Source: a virus
Taxonomy: Duplodnaviria > Caudoviricetes
Length of the DNA: 37,003 nucleotides
Reading direction: 5' to 3' (one strand)
IMG/VR virus record: IMGVR_UViG_3300006790_000049
Span: 1 to 37,003 of that record
The notes under the pieces were generated by a model, which was not told the DNA's origin, did not search any database, and saw nothing but the letters and a program-made list of their open reading frames with translations. A program made the position numbers and the translations under genes. The first letter of the stretch is position 1. Each line of letters opens with the position of its first letter. This document shows positions 28,172 through 35,432 of this stretch, in pieces.

Positions 28172-29127
28172 TATGGATCAAACCTCATAGCGTTACTTAT
28201 ACCAAGAGTTATTGCTATTGAAAAGGCTCTATCGGCAGTTTGACCTTCAGCATCCGTTGCTCTAATGGTAAAGTTATATGTTGTATCGGCAGTTGCTCCA
28301 GATTCGGTCCCTGTAATTGTAGAAGAACCACTTCCTGTATTTAAGCTTAATCCTCCAGGCAAAGAACCTGATTGTAGAGTCATTCCAGTAGAATTAGTAG
28401 CGGTTAAAGTAATTGTACCAACTGAAGAACCACCCTCAAAACTACCTAAACTTCCAGCAGCTGTTACCCAAGCTGGTGCGTCTGATACGGTAAGAATGGC
28501 CGTTCCACTACGGACCGCATTACCATCATTATTTTCCACTCTAAGAAAATATGTGCCGTCAGTACCTAATGTAAAGTTTGCGGTTATTGAAGTTGCGCTT
28601 GTAAAGGTAACTGAATTGGCAGCAGTTATTGCACCCGTAGAATTTATTGCTTCTACAATAGGAACAGAAACAAAATTAGTTCCTGTAATAACAACATCAG
28701 TTGCTGTGTTCTCTATAACTGATGGATTGATTGAACCGATTGTAGGTTTTGTTTCGGTTGCAGTAACCCAAGATAATTGGTTGGTATTACTTCCATTACT
28801 AGCTAAGACCTGTCCGTTAGATCCAACTGATGTTGGTAGTATTAATGTGTATGATTGTCCTGCACTATGCGCTGGCGATTGTATCTTAACGCCGTGGCTG
28901 TTCTGTGAGCAATTAAGAGTTATCTTTCCGTCAGCAGACGAACCATCACCTTTTGCTGTAATAGATTCTGAATTAACAGTTCCCGTTACAGTGCCTGTAT
29001 ACGTTCCTGCTACAGTCCCTGTAAGGGTAGCCCCAGCAGTAATCGTGATAGTATCACCTGACTCACCAATCGTGATAGACGATCCCGATTGTTTTTTGAG
29101 TGTGTTTACTTTTAATTCAGATGTCAT
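28171..29127 (-). CDS. Tail fibre cassette A gene 1: fibre stalk with Ig-like domains
   Basis: MTSELKVNTLKK start, YTLILP...GQVLASNG...LSW fibre motif, PTIGSINPS...ITGTNF, GSLPGGLSL, YNFTIRATDAEGQTADRAF. Confidence 0.72.
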   Translation of the reverse strand: MTSELKVNTLKKQSGSSITIGESGDTITITAGATLTGTVAGTYTGTVTGTVNSESITAKGDGSSADGKITLNCSQNSHGVKIQSPAHSAGQSYTLILPTSVGSNGQVLASNGSNTNQLSWVTATETKPTIGSINPSVIENTATDVVITGTNFVSVPIVEAINSTGAITAANSVTFTSATSITANFTLGTDGTYFLRVENNDGNAVRSGTAILTVSDAPAWVTAAGSLGSFEGGSSVGTITLTATNSTGMTLQSGSLPGGLSLNTGSGSSTITGTESGATADTTYNFTIRATDAEGQTADRAFSIAITLGISNAMRFDP

Positions 29128-30542
29128 GATACTAAAATTTGTCCTTGTTCATTTGAGCTACTTGAATTACTTCCTGATAAGTTCATTCCTCTTGAATTAG
29201 AATGTGTGTCTCTTGGAACAATAAAGTCAGTGTCCCAGTACCCAACAGCTACGCCAGCAGAAAGAGCATTATATCCTGTTATACTACCACTTACTAAATT
29301 ACTTGTTGCAAAAGTTCCTGTAAAACCACTTGAATTTGATTTTGCACCTGAACTAAATTGTTCTGATCCTGATCTATCTCTAATTGCAACTACAACTTTA
29401 TCCCATTTAGTATTACTATCCATTGTCAATTTTAAAACTTTATTTCCATTATAACCTGCAATTGTTCTGTTACCTGTTATTCCTAATTGATAAATAAAAT
29501 CCGTATAAATAATAGCAGCTCTCGCTGTAGTAGCAGCAATATTGGTAGCACTGTTTTGTAAATCCGCTACGTTTAAAGAAGTTGTAGAACCAAAACTTTC
29601 ATAAGCAAAAGAAGTTGAAGCTAATACTCTTCCAATTTGTGCATATCCTAAATTATCGCTGGTATTCAAATGACAATATAATTGAACTCCTGTAGATACG
29701 TTTCCTGGTTTTATATAATACACTCCATTTGTGGTAATACCTAAATTTATTAGTGCTGTTGGATGAGGAGCTGATCTAGCTTCAGTTGAACCATCAAGAG
29801 CAGGAGTAACAGTGATATTAAAAGTTCTGTTTATAGTTTGAGCATTTGCTGTTGCACTAGCATCAAAAGATGTAGTTGTTGAATTGGTAACGTTGTTGGG
29901 TTCTCCTGTTATTGTGCCATTACTATTTAAGGTAAGACCAATTCCTGTTAAATTACTTGTTGTTTCTGCATATGTTATAGGATCTCCATCTGCATCAGTA
30001 GCAACAATAGTAGCGTGAGTAGTGTTCCCAACATCATCGATTGTTCCAACTGATCCCGCTGCTGTTGTCCAAGTAGGGGCAGTATCTCTACTTATTTGAT
30101 TTGATAATTCAGCAGTTTGTCCTGCTGTTGATGTAATTTTAACATCGTATGGGTCTAAAGTATTAGAAAAACTTGATCCTGGAGCAACGGCTGTAATACT
30201 ACTATTACTGTTTACCGTAGTGCTTGTAGCGTTAAAAGAAGAAGCGTTTGTAGCAACAAAACTAATAACATCTCCTGATCTAAAATTATTGCCCACAATT
30301 GTAAAAGTGACATCAGCATCAGATGTAACTGTTGTAGGTGAAACAGATGTTAAACTAGGAGCTGGTGTTAATTCATCAAAAGAACTTCCATTGTAAGTTT
30401 CAAGAGTTTTAGTTGTTGTATTATATCGAACTTGACCTTGAACGTTTCCTCTCTGACCTGTTGTTCCAACAGCAACTTTAGTACCTGTAGTGCCTTGATC
30501 TACTATATTATCTAATTGTTTTATATCTTTATAATCAACCAT
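29124..30542 (-). CDS. Tail fibre with Ig-like domains and fibrinogen/COLFI-like C-terminal domain
   Basis: GTTGQR...GQVRYNTT...LETYNG fibre motif, IPT and cadherin-like (ATDADGDPITY) domains, then NGVYYIKP...LYC. Confidence 0.65.
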   Translation of the reverse strand: MVDYKDIKQLDNIVDQGTTGTKVAVGTTGQRGNVQGQVRYNTTTKTLETYNGSSFDELTPAPSLTSVSPTTVTSDADVTFTIVGNNFRSGDVISFVATNASSFNATSTTVNSNSSITAVAPGSSFSNTLDPYDVKITSTAGQTAELSNQISRDTAPTWTTAAGSVGTIDDVGNTTHATIVATDADGDPITYAETTSNLTGIGLTLNSNGTITGEPNNVTNSTTTSFDASATANAQTINRTFNITVTPALDGSTEARSAPHPTALINLGITTNGVYYIKPGNVSTGVQLYCHLNTSDNLGYAQIGRVLASTSFAYESFGSTTSLNVADLQNSATNIAATTARAAIIYTDFIYQLGITGNRTIAGYNGNKVLKLTMDSNTKWDKVVVAIRDRSGSEQFSSGAKSNSSGFTGTFATSNLVSGSITGYNALSAGVAVGYWDTDFIVPRDTHSNSRGMNLSGSNSSSSNEQGQILVS

Positions 30543-30983
30543 TTATTTCTCCATCAATAACCATCCATGGCTTGCTCCTGAATATACTAAACCTAAAGCA
30601 GCCCTAGCGGTGCTTATAGTTAAATCTGAATTTTGACTTTGTATAGCATGTCCGTTTCTACCAACAGTTATATTATTAGTTGCAGCATTTCCACCTGAAT
30701 CAATAAATCTAATTTCATCTCCAGCCGTAGCTGAACCTGGTAAAGTGGCTGTTACAGTATTACTAGAGGTGTCAATAAAATATCCTCTTGAGACAACAGC
30801 ATTAAAATTAGCTGTTTTAGATTCCCAACTTAAACCACCAACGCCTGCAGGTAATTGTACAGTAGCAGCCGAAGCATCTAACGTAGAACCTGATGGAAGG
30901 GTAACGGTATCGCCGCTCTCTGCAATTTGAAGAGATGTGCCTGACCCTTGTGGTATAATTTTATTTACTTCAAGTGTGCTCAT
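30543..30983 (-). CDS. Fibre adaptor: MSxLxVNxI plug plus T4 gp9/gp10-like module
   Basis: N-terminus similar to those at 25748 and 29127; C-terminal ~95 aa similar to that of 20921..21628 (IDTSS...TLP...GDEIRFID...LVYSGASHGWLLMEK). Confidence 0.68.
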   Translation of the reverse strand: MSTLEVNKIIPQGSGTSLQIAESGDTVTLPSGSTLDASAATVQLPAGVGGLSWESKTANFNAVVSRGYFIDTSSNTVTATLPGSATAGDEIRFIDSGGNAATNNITVGRNGHAIQSQNSDLTISTARAALGLVYSGASHGWLLMEK

Positions 30984-31438
30984 AGAATAAATAAATTCCC
31001 TGTTACGGACAACGTACCTGTAATAGATACAGGTCCAGCTAAAACGCCAGAGTCCATTGTTTGAACGTCACTAATAGTAGAGTTATGCGTTGTTACATAA
31101 GATGTTGGATCCATGACAGGGGATGGCGCCCTTTTTGCTGGATATGTACAAAACACATCTTTTGTACCTGCAGAAAAATCTACTTTGTTGTCACTATTCG
31201 TGCTCTCTAAAACTGTATCTCGTGAAAGTGTATCAGTAGCTGCATCCGTGACAGTACCAATACCTATTTCATATTCGGTGCTACCTGACTGCATAGTAAT
31301 ACAGTAGTAAGTAGTATTAGTAGTACCAATACCCGCAACAAAAGTTTGAAAACCAGTGCTTGCTCCTGCAAGATCCACGGTCCCCGTTCCTGTTGTTGTC
31401 GTGGTTTCCTTAACACGATCATTGATAATCAATGCCAT
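30980..31438 (-). CDS. Tail fibre attachment protein
   Basis: MALIINDRVKETTTTTGTGT...FSAGTKDVFCTYPA, ending AGPVSITGTLSVTGNLFIL; GGAG RBS. Confidence 0.65.
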   Translation of the reverse strand: MALIINDRVKETTTTTGTGTVDLAGASTGFQTFVAGIGTTNTTYYCITMQSGSTEYEIGIGTVTDAATDTLSRDTVLESTNSDNKVDFSAGTKDVFCTYPAKRAPSPVMDPTSYVTTHNSTISDVQTMDSGVLAGPVSITGTLSVTGNLFIL

Positions 31439-31447
31439 GTTAAACTC

Positions 31448-31906
31448 CTACGATAATCTCAGTATAGCTGTGCTCGTACCTGGTGCTGGAAACTGAATAG
31501 TAAACGTGCCGTTAGTTGCTGTAAAATCAGAACCAAAAGCTAAAATACATACTGCATTAGTTGTTCCAGTTCCACCATCTGTTGTAGTGTTATAGATCAT
31601 CGCTCCATTCGCTGTAAAGCTAGCAGAAGTCCACTGAGGATCATTTGAAAAATCAACGTAAGCTGTTGATGCTCCTGAACCTCCTGTAACAGATTGACCT
31701 GTTAAAGTTTCTCCGCCCGCTGTGTAAGCTGAACCAGATGTATTTGTTATTTCGTTACTTGTTGAATATGCTGTGGTCGATGCTCCTAAACTTGCGCTTG
31801 ATGTAAACAATGCAATTTTAAAAGTGTGACCACCATTTGCAAAATCATGTTTTCCTTCTAAAAGCTCTGCTTTAAAAGAATTGCACACTGCTTGTGATAT
31901 AGCCAT
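31448..31906 (-). CDS. Virion structural protein (beta-rich)
   Basis: MAISQAVCNSFKAELLEG...FKIALF...YTAGG...GTFTIQFP; AGGAG RBS. Confidence 0.65.
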   Translation of the reverse strand: MAISQAVCNSFKAELLEGKHDFANGGHTFKIALFTSSASLGASTTAYSTSNEITNTSGSAYTAGGETLTGQSVTGGSGASTAYVDFSNDPQWTSASFTANGAMIYNTTTDGGTGTTNAVCILAFGSDFTATNGTFTIQFPAPGTSTAILRLS

Positions 31907-31917
31907 CTTTTATCTCC

Positions 31918-32598
31918 TTATGGGTTTTGAGAAGGTAAAGGTAAACGAATAACACCATCTTGATACTCGTCTCTTCGTCTTCTTCCTTGTTGTTCAATTG
32001 CAAGTCGCTGTACCGCTTCTTGATAACTTTTTTCGTATTGGGCAAGCAAGTCATATGGTCCTTTGAGATATTTAAATGCCTCAATAAGACAAGCATATAA
32101 CAAAACTTGTGGTGCATTCTGACTAACCCAAGTTGTGGTATTAGTCGTAGAAAGCCCTGTTTCGTTACGATTTAAAGCTAACTCTATCTTATAAGCTGAA
32201 TCAGGGGTTGGCGCAAGGTATATTGTATTTTGATCCCACATTGCATAGTAACGTGGTTTACCTTGAGAAGTTCTATTTGGCCAATATTCAGTCATATAAC
32301 TAATATCTTTTTGTAGTAAGTATGTTCTTGTATTTGCATCACTCCCTGCAGTTGGATAAATAGACGCTGTTCTAACAAAAGCCATGGTTGTTGGAGTAGC
32401 GCCAGGCAGTGTAACAAATTCATTACCCTGTGTTAATGTCGTAAACTGATAAGCTCTAAATACATCAAGATCTACTTCTCTAAATATACGTAGCTCTGCT
32501 TGATTAATAAAATCATTAACTACTGTAGTTGTTAAAACATCACTAGATGTTTCCGTATAACTTCTTATTTGATCTACTACTTCTGCATATGTGCTCAT
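31918..32598 (-). CDS. Head-tail adaptor / tail tubular protein A-like
   Basis: Helical N-terminus (FINQAELRIFR), GKPRYYA...IYLAPTPDSAY, LLYACLIEA. Confidence 0.7.
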   Translation of the reverse strand: MSTYAEVVDQIRSYTETSSDVLTTTVVNDFINQAELRIFREVDLDVFRAYQFTTLTQGNEFVTLPGATPTTMAFVRTASIYPTAGSDANTRTYLLQKDISYMTEYWPNRTSQGKPRYYAMWDQNTIYLAPTPDSAYKIELALNRNETGLSTTNTTTWVSQNAPQVLLYACLIEAFKYLKGPYDLLAQYEKSYQEAVQRLAIEQQGRRRRDEYQDGVIRLPLPSQNP

Positions 32599-33071
32599 GA
32601 TATTACCACCGTTGCTGTTCCTAATTGTGTGTTCATTATGGTATCTTGATTAGCTTGTGAACTTCCATTTAAAGGTTGCATTGTTCTCACCTGTACTGTT
32701 TCCATTGCGCCAGGTGCAGGTATAGGATTGAATTGTTGTATAGTTTGTAAAACAGTTTGAAAACCATTAGCACCTATTGCGGGAGATATGCCATTAGATC
32801 CACCATTAGTCATACTGGTTGAATTAACATCATCATTTATATAAATGCCTCCAAGAGGTATTGTTACACTAACAACTTGTGGTTTAGCATGTTGTAAAGA
32901 TTGAGCATCCGTGGGATGATTGGTTGGATTGAGTAAAGGAGATTTAGGTTCATACTCTGAAGTGTGTACCCAAGCACCTGTCCATTCTTGCACCATTTCA
33001 TTGTACGGATAAGCTTGTCCATCTCTATCGGATATTCGTAAAGCAAACTTTCCTGATGAATAACGAGCCAT
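32595..33071 (-). CDS. Hypothetical neck-region protein
   Basis: MARYSSGKFALRISDRDG...EWTG...EYEPKSP; coupled to both neighbours. Confidence 0.65.
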   Translation of the reverse strand: MARYSSGKFALRISDRDGQAYPYNEMVQEWTGAWVHTSEYEPKSPLLNPTNHPTDAQSLQHAKPQVVSVTIPLGGIYINDDVNSTSMTNGGSNGISPAIGANGFQTVLQTIQQFNPIPAPGAMETVQVRTMQPLNGSSQANQDTIMNTQLGTATVVIS

Positions 33072-33775
33072 TAATAAGTTCCTCCTATAAAGTCTGTTTT
33101 AGGAACAAAATGAGAGCTTACATTTTCTCTATTTGTGTCTGCTGCTCTTTTAAATTCTTCTTCATACACTTGTTTTAATATTCCAATTCTATCTGGAGCA
33201 TATTTCATGGCTATATAATAAGCTAATCCTGCTGTTAAACACGGTAAAAATGAAAAAGGTATTTCATTGTTATTAGTATAATCACCCGAGTCTTTCATTC
33301 TAAGCATAGCATAATAAACTACAGTATAAGCTACATCCGCAGCTGGGTATAAATACAGCTTAGGATTAATTGTTTTTTCAAAATAATATTGAGTAGGTCT
33401 TCCACCAGAAGTTTTAACTGTATAGTTTAAATAGGTCGATCTGCTAATAGGAGAGCAGTTATATTCATTATTATCAGAATCTCTAATAACAAGATCAGTA
33501 ATTTCTATTATTTCAGAAGCGTCTGAAGCTGCGGTTCCATACAAAGAAGTTCCGCTTAATTCAATAGTATTAGCGGCTAACGCTGCTGTTTGTTTTTGTA
33601 TTGTCCAAAGATTAAGTCCTCTATTAGACCATTCAGCTAAAAGAAGATTTAAAGAACGACGAGCGGTTTTAAGTTGGTATCCAGTACGATCTTGTAAACC
33701 GCATCGTTCAAAAGCTTCTTCAACTATTTCATCAATAGAAAAGTCAAAATTTGCTGTGCTAGCATAAGTTGGCAT
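33071..33775 (-). CDS. Second head-tail adaptor paralog
   Basis: IVEEAFERCG, ARRSLNLLLAEWSNRG, GRPTQYY...LYLYPAADVAY, LTAGLAYYIA. Confidence 0.7.
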   Translation of the reverse strand: MPTYASTANFDFSIDEIVEEAFERCGLQDRTGYQLKTARRSLNLLLAEWSNRGLNLWTIQKQTAALAANTIELSGTSLYGTAASDASEIIEITDLVIRDSDNNEYNCSPISRSTYLNYTVKTSGGRPTQYYFEKTINPKLYLYPAADVAYTVVYYAMLRMKDSGDYTNNNEIPFSFLPCLTAGLAYYIAMKYAPDRIGILKQVYEEEFKRAADTNRENVSSHFVPKTDFIGGTY

Positions 33776-33779
33776 TTAA

Positions 33780-34226
33780 CTATTTAGCTTTGCCCATACC
33801 ACGTCTAGCAACACCACCACCACGTCTGTTAATTTTTTGATTTGGACGTTTACCAAATTTTCCATAAGATTCATTTCTTCTATCTTTCATAGATTGTTTC
33901 TTACCAGATTCTTTTCCAAGCCTCATACCTATAGATTCATCTTCTCTAGCTTTGTAACCTTGTTTTTTCTTTCTTTTTTTTATAGCACTTTTAGCAGCTC
34001 CTGCCATTTTACCCACTAAACCTTTTAGACCTTTGCCAGCTGCACCTGCAGCACCTGCACCAGCTAACAAGCCCATAGCATCTAATTTGTGTAAAGGTAA
34101 TTTAGTTTTTGAAATTAATTTTCCAATTCTGCCACCAGCTTTCTTTTTAACTGTGCCGCCTCTTTTCATAGCTCTTTTTTTAACTGAGCCACCTCGTTTC
34201 ATGGCTGTTTTCTTTTTGCCCATCAT
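33780..34226 (-). CDS. Highly basic K/R/G-rich protein (putative DNA-condensing core protein)
   Basis: Repeats AMKRGGSVKK / AMKRGGTVKK / KAGGRI; ends RRGGGVARRGMGKAK; GGAGG RBS. Confidence 0.65.
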   Translation of the reverse strand: MMGKKKTAMKRGGSVKKRAMKRGGTVKKKAGGRIGKLISKTKLPLHKLDAMGLLAGAGAAGAAGKGLKGLVGKMAGAAKSAIKKRKKKQGYKAREDESIGMRLGKESGKKQSMKDRRNESYGKFGKRPNQKINRRGGGVARRGMGKAK

Positions 34227-34813
34227 GATAGACCTCCATAGATCTTTTTATATTTATTAAAACGAGATACCACAACGTCTTGATAGTATTCGTCAGGCCA
34301 CAACTTATAGTAGCCTTGTCTGTGTAATTTATCAGAAGCTTCCTGTAATTGCGAGAACTTTTGTACCAACATCATGGAATATTTATACTCTGGATATGAC
34401 TCGTGAATTTCTTTATTTTCAGTAGGAGCTACTAAAAACTGTTGTTCATCTTCGGTAGCTGGATTAGATGGGTGAAAACTCATAAAATAGATGTCTTTTG
34501 AGTTATACCACTCGTTATATGCTTCGGTGACATAATGAAGATCATCAGGAGAATAGCTATAATAGGGGTCACAGAATATTAGTATTTCCTTTTTTGTAAA
34601 ATCTAAATTTTTAAGACAATCATTTAATTCTTTTTTATAAGTGCTGTGTTTGGTTTTAACAGCAATCCACACTTTGTTATCAGCCCATGCTTTTTTAGCA
34701 AAAGGACACGCAGGTACGCCGCCTAAATGAACATTAGAAACCTCTAAAAAGTTCTTAGACCAAAGTCTAACATCTTCTATTATGTCTTGCCTTGTCGGTT
34801 GTATTTTTTCCAT
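34223..34813 (-). CDS. DUF1415-like protein
   Basis: ACPFAKKAW and MSFHP motifs. Confidence 0.55.
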   Translation of the reverse strand: MEKIQPTRQDIIEDVRLWSKNFLEVSNVHLGGVPACPFAKKAWADNKVWIAVKTKHSTYKKELNDCLKNLDFTKKEILIFCDPYYSYSPDDLHYVTEAYNEWYNSKDIYFMSFHPSNPATEDEQQFLVAPTENKEIHESYPEYKYSMMLVQKFSQLQEASDKLHRQGYYKLWPDEYYQDVVVSRFNKYKKIYGGLS

Positions 34814-34917
34814 GTCAGCCTCTTTCTTTTATTCTTAGGTCTTGATCTACTAGAATGACCTATGCTTGTTCTTTTAGGTTTAGGTGTAAAGTATTCGTTA
34901 GATGGGGTCTTAGCCAT
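34780..34917 (-). CDS. 45-aa basic protein (below ORF-track cutoff)
   Basis: MAKTPSNEYFTPKPKRTSIGHSSRSRPKNKRKRLTWKKYNRQGKT; TAATG overlap with upstream stop at 34917; fills an otherwise empty gap. Confidence 0.7.
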   Translation of the reverse strand: MAKTPSNEYFTPKPKRTSIGHSSRSRPKNKRKRLTWKKYNRQGKT

Positions 34918-35432
34918 TATTTCATTTGATTAAGAGGGTTTTCAAGAGTTAACTTTATTTGCTTATCAATGCTCTCTTGTAATTCTGCCATCGCTTCCTC
35001 AAGCTCTTTTTCTAATTTATTCATATCTTCTTCAATACCATCTACCGTAGATTTTAATTCTCTTTCATTTGATCTAGCGTCTTCTTTGACTCTTGTTTCT
35101 ACATCTTCAACAATTGTTTCAATACGTCTTACATCTGCTTTTAAATCATTCTTTAGTTCTTTAGCTACATCTGCCACCAATCCAACTTCTTCTAAAATCA
35201 TACTCATTTCAGATTGCATCATTTCTACTTCTTGTTGTACTAAATCTATACGTTTATCAAAACCTGAAAGGTCAGGTGCAACATACGCTGATATAGTTTC
35301 TTTCATATTGAGATAGTCTTTGTAAAATTCAAACACGCCCCATGCACCACCCATCAATGTACCGAGTGCTGTTAAGATAATGAATATCTTCCCGCCTTTA
35401 AATTTAAGTCCTGCAAATTCTACTTCTGCCAC
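34917..35432 (-). CDS. Membrane-anchored coiled-coil protein
   Basis: KFKGGK then IFIILTALGTLMGGAWGVF hydrophobic helix, followed by ~120 aa of acidic heptads ending LENPL. Confidence 0.75.
   Translation of the reverse strand: MAEVEFAGLKFKGGKIFIILTALGTLMGGAWGVFEFYKDYLNMKETISAYVAPDLSGFDKRIDLVQQEVEMMQSEMSMILEEVGLVADVAKELKNDLKADVRRIETIVEDVETRVKEDARSNERELKSTVDGIEEDMNKLEKELEEAMAELQESIDKQIKLTLENPLNQMK

Noticed and set aside
22491-29127. Diversity-generating retroelement or invertible shufflon in the fibre region
   Set aside because: No reverse transcriptase or recombinase in the window, all fibre genes are co-oriented, and I saw no ~100-nt near-identical repeat pair differing only at adenines.
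28265-29200. 311-aa plus-strand ORF
   Set aside because: Antisense shadow of a Thr/Gly/Ser-rich fibre gene, whose codons give few reverse-strand stops. V/P/A-rich translation, no RBS or motif recognised.
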